Shown piece by piece: positions 50,901-58,546 of a DNA stretch of 64,000 nucleotides (the first letter of the stretch is position 1; each line of letters starts with the position of its first letter). The translations under genes and the position numbers were made by a program. The DNA comes from Eledone cirrhosa (taxonomy: Eukaryota): contig OZ024743.1 in NCBI GenBank assembly GCA_964016885.1, forward strand, positions 166,284,001 to 166,348,000, written 5' to 3'. The notes under the pieces are model-generated. The model saw only the letters and a list, made by a program, of their open reading frames with translations. It did no database searches and had not been told where the DNA came from.

Positions 50901-53900
50901 TGTAGTGAACAGAATTAAATGTATTTTCCTTTGGCGGAAGAATGGTGTCACAGAGGTAAATTGGCTGAAGTGTGAGCCAATCAAGGCCCTCAGTGGATTG
51001 AGACAAGTTGCTGGACTATTTGGACCAGAGACACAGTTGGTTGACAAGGCAGAGAGAAAGAGTTCACTGAACGACCTGGTAGCATCAAGACGTCCGACAT
51101 TTGATATGCCACATTCTTTCACATACCACAGGAATATGCAGCCAACACGATGTGAAGACTTGCTCAACCTTCTCTTGTTATTTCGATTCCATATTTGTAC
51201 AACAAAAGGAAATTTTTGTTATAATGGATTATGTCGTTTTCGTCATTGCCTTCTGAATCAATAACTATATCCAGCGACACGTAATTCACGTTATAGCCTC
51301 AGCATAGCACTTGCAATTTAACAACCAAGATTGAAGAGCCCTAACCAGCCATGAGGTGGGTTGTCACATGCCAGTTACCACTCTGGAATTTATACTCTCA
51401 GAAAGCTGGGGACAGCTATGCTGGATCATACAGTATGGAGAGGAATTGTTGAGAGTGTTAAATAACAGCAACTAAGGTCATTTCCTTGTTGAAGCAGAGT
51501 TTAGCTTAGTGAGCCCATTAATAAGCTTCTTCATTTTGCCTTATTCTCAGCATCGCCCTCAACAAACCACTCGTTTTCAGTTCCTCCTCCAACATTTTTA
51601 GCCATGATTTTCTTGGTTTTCCTCTTCCACTACTTCCTTCCACATTTATTTCCCATCACTCCTTTTACCGTTACATTCATCCATCCTCAACACATGACCT
51701 AACCATCTCAGTCCATTTCTCTTCCCAATATTCATCACTGGCTCATTTCCCATCACTCCTCTCACTCAGTCACTTCTATCCTTTCTCGACACATGACCTA
51801 ACCATCTCATTCCATTTCTCTTCACAACATTCATCCCTCATTCATTTCCAATCATCCTCTATACTCCCTTGTTTGTCATCCTCTTTCTCAGCAGAAACTC
51901 TTCATAAAAACTTATCAGGTTGTAATGAATGTTCTGTCTGTTTTTAAGGCTCAATAAAACAATAAAAAATTAGATTTATTTAACATTAATGTAATTAATC
52001 ACCATTTTCCTCTATCACCTCTCTCTATCTGCCAATAAGCATTTTAATGCCACATTTATAAAATTCTTTAGGTTTTGAACTAAAAAAGGAAACTAATTAA
52101 TTTTTAACTTCTCTTGAAGTAAGTCTTAATCCACTCAATCGATTTTGAAAACTTCTAAATAGATAGTGATCTATCGGTGTAAGATTCAGGGAATATGGTG
52201 GGTGAAGCATAATTTTCCAGGTATGCTTTTCTAGATCTTTGGTTTTTTTGTGCAGTGTAAGCTCTAGCATTATCATGATGAAGGATGTCTTTATTTCTGT
52301 TTGTTGATGATGAGCATTTTTGCTGCAAAGCTACTTTCAAATGTCTTAGCTGCTGACAATATACTTTGGCCGTTATTATTTGATTATCACCTAGCAACTT
52401 GTGGTGAATTATTCCCTGCATATCCTACCACACACTCAAAAGAATCTACCTTGGTTGTAGGCCACTTCTGGGTTGCAGTCTTCATTTAGCATTATGGTAA
52501 AGTATCCATTTCTCATCTCTAGTAATGGATCCATACAAAAAAAGGCATTTGTAGCTCATGAGAACGCAATGATGCATAGCTGTCAACACATTGTTTGCAA
52601 TTATCTGCTATTTTCCAACATTTGACTATTTTGCTATTTTCCAACATTTGACACTTTACCAAGCCTTTTCAATTAACGATGAATGGTGGTATGGTTCACA
52701 TACCACCATGAAGTCCATGCTTAGTTCTGGAACTGTAACAGTCGGGTTTGCATCAACAGCACCTCCAATACACTAGAATCCAGCCCTCTTGAATGCCCAT
52801 CCCTTGATTCATCCTGCAGGCTGTAGTTCCTTTTTCTGAATCACGGAAACCATCTCCTACCTGTTCTTTCAGTCACTCCACCATATCCATAAGTGTTTTA
52901 GAGTGATATTGCTGCTGCACTATTGTTTTCAAAATTTATGTGATGAATGTGTTCTTTACTTAGAGTGAACATGGTGCCAATACAACAGCTTCAATAAAGA
53001 TAAATTTGACACAATCTGAAAGAAAAACATGAATTATTTTGGCATATTCCAAATATAACTGAGAAGTTAGACACCTTTAAATTTAACTCAAGATTTACTT
53101 AAAAAATAGACATTTGAGTAAATGTCTAAGATGAAGTGGTGTCATTAAGATTATCATATTGTTCAGCTCCCATAAATCATGGCACTTCTCACACATGCAG
53201 TATAAACCTTGTCCTTCATTTTCAGCAACACTACTCTTCTTATACCACTCAATTCCCAGAACTTCTTCCATGCATATCTCACTCTAGCAATTGTCACTGA
53301 ATCTAAACCACCCCCTTTATTCAATATGCTGCCAAAGGTAAAATATTTTCACACCTTACATCTTCAGTTCCAGCATTCACAATTAACAAAATAAATGCAA
53401 GTAGAAAGAAGAAAAAAAGATAAAATGGAAATTCTCACCTGAGTAATGAATACATATCTAACATTTTATTTTGGATAGGTGTGCCTGTCAGCAGCCACCT
53501 GGATGAAGATTTTAACCGAGTAACAGCTGTAGCAGTAAGGCTCTTATAAGAGCGAATGTCATGGGCCTCATCAAGGATTATTTGCTTCCAATGTATTTGC
53601 AACAACAGTGGCAATTTACCAACATATGCCTAAAGAGGAAAAAACAGAAAACACGAGTGGAATAGCAACAACCTCACAACATAGTAACTAATAAAACAAA
53701 CCAGACTCACACAGATAGAACAAGTAGCCAACTAGTGACAACTAAATAAACAAACTTTCAACACATCACATGGGTTGCACTGCTCACACAAGTCTAACCT
53801 AATTTTCTTAAGGACCACCATATAACAGAACAAAGTATTCTGTCAAAGGCCTTTTCTAGATCAACAAATGCTAAATACAGGGGCTTATTCTTAGTTAGGA

Positions 53901-56900
53901 ACTTCTTTTGTAGTTGCCTCATTAAGAAGGCATCTGTAGTACTTTTCCCAGACACAGAACCAACTGCATCTAATCTAATTTGACTCTTATAACTCTTTTC
54001 ATCACTTTCAGAACTTGGTCCATTAGTTGCGCCTGGCTAGAGCATCACCTTTAACCTTGTAGCAATTTATGATTGTACTGCTGCAGCAGTCATTAGGTAT
54101 GATACCATCCTGTATTACCTGATTGATCCAATAACTGTCAACTTCAGTAGCTGGTCCCTTTGTTGGGTAAGTTGGGGTTAGTCACACCTCCTCCCATTCA
54201 TTCTTTATATTCATCAGCTTCTCATAGTAATATTTCTGGGTCTCTTTCTTTTGAGCACCACTGACACACTCCCTTGCAATGCAGAACACTTCTCGTCTCT
54301 GATCCTTGCATATCAGTACATTGGTAAACTTTCGTTTTCAGCCTCTTTCGAAGCTATGTATACCCGTTATCTAGCCTCTCTCTCATAGCTACTTGGTAGT
54401 GGTCTCTGCTACCCCAATTTTTCCAATCTTTTCATGCCTGTCTCTTCACTTTAATGGCTCTATCCACCCCGTCCGGTTGGTGCTTTGCTGCAGCCATAAG
54501 TCTCCTTAGTAGTTTGCAAAATGTTGTCACGTAAGAATTTCCAATTATCCTCTATGTCATATGAATCTAACTCATCTCTCCTTTCATCAAATGCATCCCA
54601 TAACGGAAAGGACCTTTAGCTTCCAAAGCTTCTGTCTCCATATTTTCCTGTGTTTCTTGTTCTGTCTTGTGTTTAATCTGATGTCACTAATAACTAATTT
54701 GTGTTGGGTGGTACATTCTTCCCTGAGGAAGTTCTTAGCATTTTTACTGTCTGTTTATCTTGTTGTCTTTACAAGTAAGATATCAATCTGGCTTGTATTT
54801 TCACATTGGTATGAGATCAGATGGCTGGCCGATTTTCTAAAATATGTGTTGCAAATGGTTAGTTCATTTGCATCACAAAATTCCAAGAACCTCACTCCCT
54901 CTTCATTCTTGAGCTCTTACTATAGCTACCATGAAATCCAATGAATCTATCCTGGTACTGCCCAACATATCCATTGAAGTCTGCCAAGATAATGAAGTTG
55001 CTATCATCAATAGCTGAGGTTGTTAATAAAAGTTCTTCATAGAATGTGTCCTGCCTGTGATGCATAGGTAGGTGTAATGTCACCATTCTATTTCCTACAG
55101 CTACTCTAACTACCTATATCCACATCACCTACCCCATCATCATGTCCTACTCAGAAAGGTTTGCATCTATGTTGTTTGCCTGCGAGTGTTCTCACTGAGT
55201 CACCCCTCCATCTCACCTCTTGTACAGAGCATCTATCTACTTCTTTCTACTCTAACAGTTCCACAATTTTACCTGATTTACCTTTCAGGGTGCCAACATT
55301 AAGAGTAACAGTCCTGAGATGTGTTACTTGACAGTGGTTAGATACTTGAGTAGCAGTTCTTTATGCCTGGAAGGGAAAAATGCTGAGTGAGAACATGATG
55401 AAGGGGGACGCAGCAATTAAGGCCAAAAGACAGGCATGGAAAAAATGGAAAACGGAGGTAGCTGGCACCCCTATGAAGAGAGCCAGGAGCGAGGCTAGAC
55501 AGCAACTATATCTGGCAAGGAGAGAAGCAGAAAATGAAAAGTTTCAGCATGTATTAGAATGTGAGGACCAAAAATGAGAGGCGTTCAGGATTGCAAGGCA
55601 ATGTGTAAAAAAAAAACAAGATGTTATCGGAGAGAATTGCGTTCATGATAATGGCACATTTGCCCTCACTAACATCAAAAGCAAAGCTTCATGGAAATGC
55701 CACTATGAAAGGCTTGATGAATGAGGAAAATGCTTGGGAGGTAAACAGTCTGACCCAAGCACACCCAAGAGAAGGTCCAACTGTACGCATAAGCAGCAAC
55801 CTAGAAAGGCAATTAAGAAGATGAAGACTTGTAAAGAAGCCAGACAATCAAGTATAGTAGCTGAGATGTTGAAAGCATCTGGGATGGTAGGGCACACTCT
55901 AACCACCCTTATTGTAAACCAAGTAATAGAGAATGGTGTCAGACTGAAACAGCAGTATCATCGGCAACTGCTACAAGGGTAAAGAAGATGCCCTAGATAG
56001 AAGTAACTACAGAGGCATAAAGCTGACTGACCAGGTCATGAAATTTACAGAGTCATCACACAACTGATTAGAGATTGTATACACCCAGACGAAATGCAGT
56101 TGAGATTTGTGTTGGGAAAAAGCACCACTGATGCCCTCTTCCTTGTGAAGCAAATGCAGAAACCTGGCTAAAAGCAAGTCACTCTACTTACAAGCAGTGA
56201 TCAAGTATCTGCAGTTGAAATGCATGATACCAGCTTAGACCCATAAGGACCTGCAAGACACATAAGCCATGGTTAAAGACTGGATCAATGAAGTCAAGCA
56301 TGGCAAGGACGGTATGGAATATGACCTGAGGTCTGGGAGGCCATCAACAGTGACCACACCAGAGAAAACTGACTTTGTCCATGGGAAGCTGATGGAAGAT
56401 CAACGACTGTCATCTCGTCAGATAGCAAACATGTTAGGCATCTCTCAGGAGTGAGCCAATAATATTCTGACGAACAAGCTTGGTTTGAGAAAGGTGTCTA
56501 CTCGCTGGGTTTCACATCTTTTGAGTGATGAACAAAAATGCACTCGTTGCACCATGTCCTCCAACAATTTGGAAGATTTCCTGGCATGATTTGTAACCAT
56601 GGACGGGACCTAGGTCCATCACCATCAACCCAAAACAAAAGAGCAGTCTAAACACTGAAAGCACCCATCCTCACCCACCCCAAAGAAGGCCAAGGTCACA
56701 CCATCAACAGGAAAGGTCATGGCTACCATTTCCTGGGATGCACAAGGAATGTTGTTGGTGGATTATCTCCAAAAGGGCCACACCATCACCGGACAATACT
56801 ACACAAACCTGCTTAAACATCTGTGAGAGAACATCAAGAGGAGGCCAGGATTGCTGATGAAAGGGCTATTATTCCATCATGACAATGTTCCTGCCCACAC

Positions 56901-58473
56901 CTCGGTGGTGACATTGGCAACAATCCATTACTGTGGGTTCCAATTCATTCCTCATCCACCATACATGCCAGACCTTGCACCCTCCGACTTTCACCTTCCA
57001 AACATGAAAAAGGTTATGGCCGGATAACACCGTGCCCAGATGATGAGGTCATAGATGCTGTGGATACCTACCTGGAGGCCAAACTAAAGAGTTCTACTTC
57101 AGCACCGGTGGAAGAAGTGTATGGACTCAAAGGGAGACTATGTTGAAAAATAAAACAAGAAAATATTTGTATATGCTACCGTTCCTTGGAGGCTCAAAAC
57201 TTTTCAGCTGTCCCTTGTATATATATATATATATAGACAGGGTGATTGAAAAGTAACTCCCTATTGAATGCCGAAAGGTACCTCACCATGCTGCAAGATG
57301 AAATCTGATCAGTTATCAGTACTTGGGAGAATATTGAAGATTTGATTTTGCCCTTGTTGTTCGTGAATTGCTGAATGCCCACTTCCCTGGGAGATGGATG
57401 GGTCGTTGTGGTCGATATGAGTGGCCAGCCAGAAGCCCTGCGACTTTTTTCTTTGGGGTTGGTTAAAGGAGCAAGTCTACTCTAACAAACCAACGACATT
57501 GGAAGAACTTGAAGGGTGAATACGAGAAGTTATGTCTTCCATGCCACAAGAGTTCCTGGTGAAATCAGTTGATGTGGTTCCCGGGCGGCTTGAGAAGTTG
57601 GTGGCAAATGCTGGTGCCCATATTGAATTTTAAATAAAACTCCATGCTATATACTTTCTTCTCATTCATTTCTTGTAAAAATTAAAGTTAAGAAATAAAT
57701 TATAAGAAGGGAGTACTTTTCAATCACCCTGTATATATATATATAATATATATATATATGTGTGTGTGTGTGCACATACACACACACACATATATATGCA
57801 CATACATATACACATGCAATACCTACCTACTCATTCCCACACATACATACATACATAACATGCTAGCATGGAAAATGGACGTTAAACAAAGATGATGATG
57901 ATACATACATACACTTCCATGCTTCCTTCTTTTTGGCATCAGTGAGTGACTGTTGTGCCAAACACACTTCTCTCTCAGTACATCCTGATTCTCTCTTGTA
58001 CACTGTCTTGCAATCTGGAATGCTTCACACTTCTGATCTTCACCCCATATAACATCGGTAAACCCTCTCACTTTTCTTAAATAAACCTCATGCCCAGCCT
58101 CTCTTCTAGCTCCCTGCTATTGTCCTTACTACAAACTGCCCTCCAGACTTTTTAAGCTTGTTTCTTAGCCTTTATAGCCCTAACTACATATACATTTATA
58201 TACGACAGGCTTCCACAGCTTCTGTCTAACAGATTTCACTTGAAAGGCCATTGGTCTGGCCAAAAATATAGTAGACAACACTTACTTTGCACGCACCCAT
58301 AACAACAATAACATTCATCAATAACAAGACAATTTCTACATACTGGCTCATTTGCTGCCTCATTCTTTTCTATATCAATGATAGATTGGTGAGCCATTTT
58401 ACAGTCATCCTTCTGTCCAACTTCTAAACTAACAATTTTGTATGTAGTGAGCACAATGTCATAAGAGGCCAAC
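1380..58473 (-). CDS. TTF2: Transcription termination factor 2 (TTF2/lodestar), SNF2-family helicase; 13 3' coding exons, 5'-partial
   Basis: Manually spliced exons give one open frame with [14 protein letters not shown] (motif II), LTGTPIQN (III), [27 protein letters not shown] (IV), [12 protein letters not shown] (V), [18 protein letters not shown] (VI) and C-terminus [13 protein letters not shown]. No RING finger lies between the helicase lobes, which fits TTF2 rather than HLTF/Rad5. All introns are GT-AG with matching phases. Confidence 0.93.
1752..1835 (-). CDS. TTF2: TTF2 exon L: [27 protein letters not shown]
   Basis: Acceptor tcttAG, donor GTAAGT; 84 nt; SNF2 TIEERI motif. Confidence 0.93.
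2215..2530 (-). mobile_element. tRNA-derived SINE (related copy at about 46975-47235)
   Basis: Minus strand has A-box-like tagtggttggg, B-box-like gagtttgattcc and central gtccttgag...ttcacttgctccagtc...cagctg; second homologous copy in window. Confidence 0.65.
3000..5540 (-). mobile_element. Penelope-like element (decayed RT, GIY-YIG endonuclease region, 3' pLTR)
   Basis: Fragments [27 protein letters not shown]...[23 protein letters not shown], and VVYSIRC near 3570; many stops and frameshifts; hammerhead-like motif at 3106-3150. Confidence 0.8.
5545..5730. repeat. Degenerate (GTT/ATT)n trinucleotide low-complexity tract
   Basis: gttattgctgtt...gttgttgttgtt; source of the Asn-rich and Val/Ile-rich ORFs. 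Confidence 0.8.
5725..6860 (+). mobile_element. L1/Tx1-group LINE, 3' fragment, decayed
   Basis: [16 protein letters not shown]...HGGLGIP and [14 protein letters not shown] resemble the C-terminus of Tx1 ORF2. Confidence 0.65.
7176..7250 (-). CDS. TTF2: TTF2 exon K: (W)[24 protein letters not shown]
   Basis: Acceptor tcacAG, donor GTAAGT; 75 nt; helicase motif VI; absent from the ORF track. Confidence 0.95.
7404..9225 (+). mobile_element. Non-autonomous Helitron-like element with internal tandem subunits and a nested CR1 insertion
   Basis: 5' end TCTCTATATATAAAATT; 3' GC-rich hairpin cctgggcaacgccggg then CTAG followed by T; repeated gacaagtaat...gtgtgcgtgaatgtatgtctgtgtgtgtctgtcttag units on both sides of the CR1. 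Confidence 0.7.
7982..8790 (-). mobile_element. CR1-group LINE, 5'-truncated, with an uninterrupted ORF2 C-terminus (8089-8775)
   Basis: [47 protein letters not shown]; (ATTAT)n tail near 7982-7995. Confidence 0.9.
9740..10080 (+). mobile_element. RTE-like LINE fragments (endonuclease end and linker)
   Basis: DFVIFTD...[20 protein letters not shown] matches the APE C-terminal SDH motif region. Confidence 0.65.
10343..10425 (-). CDS. TTF2: TTF2 exon J: [27 protein letters not shown]
   Basis: Acceptor tttcAG, donor GTGAGT; 83 nt; helicase motif V. Confidence 0.95.
11010..11395 (+). mobile_element. RTE LINE linker fragment, decayed
   Basis: Homologous to 15290-15700 (WKLKD, AIKAK..AWK, EVFR). 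Confidence 0.6.
11482..11635 (-). CDS. TTF2: TTF2 exon I: (C)[16 protein letters not shown]...[14 protein letters not shown]
   Basis: Acceptor ttgcAG, donor GTAAGC; 154 nt; helicase motif IV. Confidence 0.94.
11700..11930 (-). mobile_element. SINE with a LINE-derived 3' tail
   Basis: Minus-strand end gtggtgctccagcatgg...tgaaaccagtaaaagaatg matches the 3' end of the LINE at about 16950-17000. Confidence 0.55.
12122..13303 (+). mobile_element. RTE-clade LINE, 5'-truncated 3' half (Cys/His finger, C-terminus, 3' UTR, (GAT)n tail)
   Basis: [43 protein letters not shown]; one frameshift; ggacgttaaacg(TGA)n tail. Confidence 0.9.
14017..14326 (-). mobile_element. tRNA-derived SINE-like element between two 50-bp direct repeats
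   Basis: Minus strand about 14150-14217: ggtgtaatggtagcac...gtgggttcgactccca (A and B boxes); repeats gtaagtatgttttgaaacagtga.caggtttgaaattagaaaatagaata at 14017 and 14277. Confidence 0.6.
14397..16525 (+). mobile_element. RTE-clade LINE, 5' part (APE endonuclease and first half of RT), frameshifted, 3'-truncated
   Basis: [33 protein letters not shown]; YKGKGD...[34 protein letters not shown]. Confidence 0.92.
16530..16880 (+). mobile_element. Penelope-type terminal repeat (pLTR) fragment with hammerhead-like motif
   Basis: Shares ctgaaga.gt.acagaa.t..gtgacgaaagaactt with the Penelope 3' end at 3106-3150 (minus), with a similar AC-rich upstream tract. Confidence 0.6.
16950..20760 (-). mobile_element. 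Near full-length CR1/Jockey-group LINE, decayed: ORF1-like region with Cys/His finger, APE, RT
   Basis: [72 protein letters not shown]; N-terminal [13 protein letters not shown]. Confidence 0.9.
20758..21110. repeat. GA-rich low-complexity tract with an internal imperfect duplication
   Basis: gaagggt...aaaggttagagag...gataa.tccagtgagaaatt...atttagag occurs twice. Confidence 0.75.
21671..21785. repeat. (TA)n microsatellite (others near 42821-42882, 43503-43590, 44059-44115, 44861-44909)
   Basis: Directly visible. Confidence 0.95.
21800..22027 (+). mobile_element. RTE 3'-end fragment with (GAT)n tail
   Basis: actgtaaa..ggttggtgttagg.agggcatccagctgtaga...ccatgc...ggac.ttaaa(TGA)n, homologous to 13135-13303. 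Confidence 0.8.
22030..23220 (-). mobile_element. hAT-superfamily transposase remnant (GTF2IRD2/SPIN-like)
   Basis: [53 protein letters not shown]; stops and frameshifts. Confidence 0.88.
23420..24090 (+). mobile_element. RTE LINE RT fragment, decayed
   Basis: Contains ctagcttttgttgatctagagaaggcctttgacaga ([12 protein letters not shown]); homologous to 16060-16520. Confidence 0.75.
24371..24432 (-). CDS. TTF2: TTF2 exon H: [20 protein letters not shown]
   Basis: Acceptor cttcAG, donor GTATTT; 62 nt; bridges STK to (C)VIVSQW in the right phase. Confidence 0.88.
24660..25324 (-). mobile_element. Non-LTR element with restriction-like endonuclease (R4/Dong-like), C-terminal part
   Basis: [36 protein letters not shown]; frame continues across the Gypsy insertion into 30684. 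Confidence 0.7.
25325..25710 (+). repeat. 5' LTR
   Basis: tgtagcgacccc...cattctaaa; near-identical to 30300-30679 apart from scattered substitutions and a 10-bp indel. Confidence 0.92.
26254..27014 (+). pseudogene. Gypsy gag (frameshifted)
   Basis: [41 protein letters not shown], and CWYHERF....PCVQPC knuckle. Confidence 0.85.
27040..30106 (+). pseudogene. Gypsy pol (protease, RT, RNase H, integrase), disrupted
   Basis: [87 protein letters not shown]. Confidence 0.92.
30300..30679 (+). repeat. 3' LTR
   Basis: tgtagcgacccc...cattctaaa. Confidence 0.92.
30684..32510 (-). mobile_element. R4/Dong-like non-LTR element, RT part (same element as 24660-25324)
   Basis: TILVPKN...[67 protein letters not shown]. 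Confidence 0.8.
32583..32800 (+). mobile_element. tRNA-derived SINE
   Basis: Head ggtgatggattggcagtattggtagag; B-box-like gttcaaatcc; body ctttcatcc..ggggtcgataaaataaag; tail ggccttgtgcctaaagtagaaa. Confidence 0.85.
32929..33104 (+). mobile_element. tRNA-derived SINE with a 16-bp TSD containing the TTF2 exon G donor
   Basis: Same family; flanked by identical attatttaccttagta at 32911-32926 and 33105-33120. Confidence 0.88.
33114..33269 (-). CDS. TTF2: TTF2 exon G: [24 protein letters not shown]...[11 protein letters not shown]
   Basis: Acceptor cttacAG, donor GTAAAT; 156 nt; ends in the STK motif that precedes HELICc. Confidence 0.9.
33420..33990 (+). mobile_element. Restriction-like-endonuclease non-LTR 3' fragment
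   Basis: [35 protein letters not shown] motifs readable on the + strand. Confidence 0.7.
34060..34230 (-). mobile_element. SINE (same family as 32929)
   Basis: ttctactttagg...gactccagtactttattttattgacc...aaaggcaaa...atttgag. Confidence 0.7.
34385..36180 (-). mobile_element. RTE LINE 3' half, decayed
   Basis: [42 protein letters not shown]. Confidence 0.85.
36290..36570 (+). mobile_element. Chimeric short element: SINE central domain joined to an RTE 3' tail
   Basis: ccttgagcaagacactttatttcacattgctccagt...cagctg followed by actgtaaatgaggttggtgttaggaagggcatccagctgtag...ggacgtaaaa. Confidence 0.65.
37002..37209 (-). CDS. TTF2: TTF2 exon F: [13 protein letters not shown]...[20 protein letters not shown]
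   Basis: Acceptor taacAG, donor GTAAGT; 208 nt; [14 protein letters not shown] motif characteristic of TTF2. Confidence 0.93.
37230..37790 (+). mobile_element. Restriction-like-endonuclease non-LTR 3' fragment
   Basis: [34 protein letters not shown]. Confidence 0.75.
37802..37877. repeat. Tandem duplication of about 37 bp
   Basis: cagtgagggagctttgtcaacttgttgttcactgctc occurs twice in tandem. Confidence 0.9.
37930..38370 (-). mobile_element. Two tandem SINEs with (ATT)n tails (same family as 32929)
   Basis: ttttatcgacccc..aaggatgaaaggcaaag...gatttgaactcaga...ccaa.cac.gcc twice. Confidence 0.85.
39300..39500 (-). mobile_element. SINE
   Basis: ccccagtactagactggtact...gggatttgaactcagag...cgacgttctaacgtctctgcca. 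Confidence 0.7.
39555..40262 (+). mobile_element. RTE LINE fragment (linker to start of RT)
   Basis: [25 protein letters not shown]. Confidence 0.85.
40263..41160 (-). mobile_element. RTE LINE 3' fragment(s)
   Basis: [25 protein letters not shown] and GRP-like motifs on the minus strand. Confidence 0.8.
41600..41930 (+). mobile_element. RTE LINE fragment
   Basis: [13 protein letters not shown]...[15 protein letters not shown]. Confidence 0.75.
41931..42700 (-). mobile_element. Penelope-like RT fragment
   Basis: [52 protein letters not shown]. Confidence 0.88.
42888..43884. repeat. Inverted repeat pair of about 133 bp (42888-43020 / 43752-43884)
   Basis: caggaaagaagatt...cgatcgccaatacaaa and its reverse complement, with only a few differences. 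Confidence 0.9.
44116..44535 (+). mobile_element. RTE LINE RT core fragment
   Basis: [45 protein letters not shown]. Confidence 0.9.
44912..45690. repeat. Direct repeat pair of about 240 bp (44912-45155 / 45455-45690), possibly Penelope pLTR remnants
   Basis: acaatatgttga.aaggtaacacaccagag...agcctcggttcatca twice; CTGATGA...GAAACATATC on the minus strand. Confidence 0.8.
45795..46200 (-). mobile_element. Two decayed SINEs (same family as 32929)
   Basis: tgaaaggcaaa...ggaatttaagcccagaac and aaaggcaaa...gggatttgaacacaaaac. Confidence 0.6.
46192..46279. repeat. 29-bp tandem repeat, about 3 copies
   Basis: gattctactattgtaattagtgttctaca units. Confidence 0.9.
46487..46578 (-). CDS. TTF2: TTF2 exon E: [30 protein letters not shown]
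   Basis: Acceptor tttcAG, donor GTGAGT; 92 nt; LS.xE..xY pattern expected after LRRTK. Confidence 0.85.
46714..46970. repeat. Degenerate minisatellite, about 38-42 bp unit, about 6 copies
   Basis: ggacct.tgtaggg.tttattaccagttccct(atatca|gtg)tggt units. Confidence 0.8.
46975..47235 (-). mobile_element. tRNA-derived SINE (family of 2215-2530)
   Basis: tctgatgatgagtgttccag...gctcatgaaatta...cagtgtgtgacaaggct...gaactgaacac shared with the other copy. Confidence 0.65.
47290..47375 (-). CDS. TTF2: TTF2 exon D: (R)[28 protein letters not shown]
   Basis: Acceptor tttcAG, donor GTGATA; 86 nt; SNF2 LLRRTK motif. Confidence 0.9.
48020..48685 (+). mobile_element. RTE LINE 3' end with (GAT)n tail, decayed
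   Basis: Homologous to 12660-13300. Confidence 0.7.
49222..49286 (-). CDS. TTF2: TTF2 exon C: (R)[21 protein letters not shown]
   Basis: Acceptor tttcAG, donor GTAAGT; 65 nt; phases fit both neighbours. Confidence 0.92.
49449..51295 (+). mobile_element. Internally deleted Gypsy LTR element (5' LTR stub, integrase, full 3' LTR)
   Basis: LTR start tgtagtgaacagaattaaat at 49449 and 50901; 4-bp TSD gcct on both sides; integrase motifs [31 protein letters not shown]; PPT-like ggaggg. Confidence 0.9.
51520..51900 (-). mobile_element. RTE-like C-terminal fragment with internal duplication
   Basis: LRWLGHV twice and GRGKPRK on the minus strand. Confidence 0.55.
51910..53060 (-). mobile_element. 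Mariner-family transposon remnant
   Basis: GIIHHKLL...[19 protein letters not shown], decayed HPPY.P; bounds approximate. Confidence 0.75.
53439..53629 (-). CDS. TTF2: TTF2 exon B: [30 protein letters not shown]...[20 protein letters not shown]
   Basis: Acceptor ctttAG, donor GTGAGA; 191 nt; DEAH box and motif III; absent from the ORF track. Confidence 0.95.
53835..55330 (-). mobile_element. RTE LINE 5' part (APE to start of RT), decayed
   Basis: [36 protein letters not shown] on the minus strand. Confidence 0.85.
55380..56190 (+). mobile_element. RTE LINE fragment (linker to RT)
   Basis: [37 protein letters not shown]. Confidence 0.85.
56191..57218 (+). mobile_element. Mariner-family transposon remnant, 5'-truncated
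   Basis: [47 protein letters not shown]; ends ...aaacttttcagctgtcccttg followed by (TA)n. Confidence 0.88.
57238..57731 (+). mobile_element. Internally deleted Tc1/mariner-superfamily element with terminal inverted repeats
   Basis: TIRs cagggtgattgaaaagtaactccc / gggagtacttttcaatcaccctg inside TA tracts; internal FPGRWMGR...[19 protein letters not shown]. Confidence 0.9.
57855..58185. mobile_element. Short RTE fragments (plus-strand tail, minus-strand linker)
   Basis: atgctagcatggaaaatggacgttaaa..(GAT)n; [14 protein letters not shown]. Confidence 0.65.
58344..58473 (-). CDS. TTF2: TTF2 exon A (first exon in window): [25 protein letters not shown]...NEAANEP
   Basis: Acceptor ctttcAG, donor GTATGT; 130 nt; SNF2 YDIVLTTY motif. 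Confidence 0.88.
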
Positions 58474-58546
58474 CTGAAAGAGATCCATGTGCTATGTTAG
58501 TACAAACCTGAGAAAAAAACAGATACTTAAGTAGAAATATCAATAA

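Noticed and set aside
56191-57218. SETMAR-like host gene
   Set aside because: No SET domain and many stops; a mariner remnant.
1380-58473. HLTF/Rad5/SHPRH identity for the helicase
   Set aside because: No RING finger between the two helicase lobes, and the motifs and C-terminus fit TTF2.
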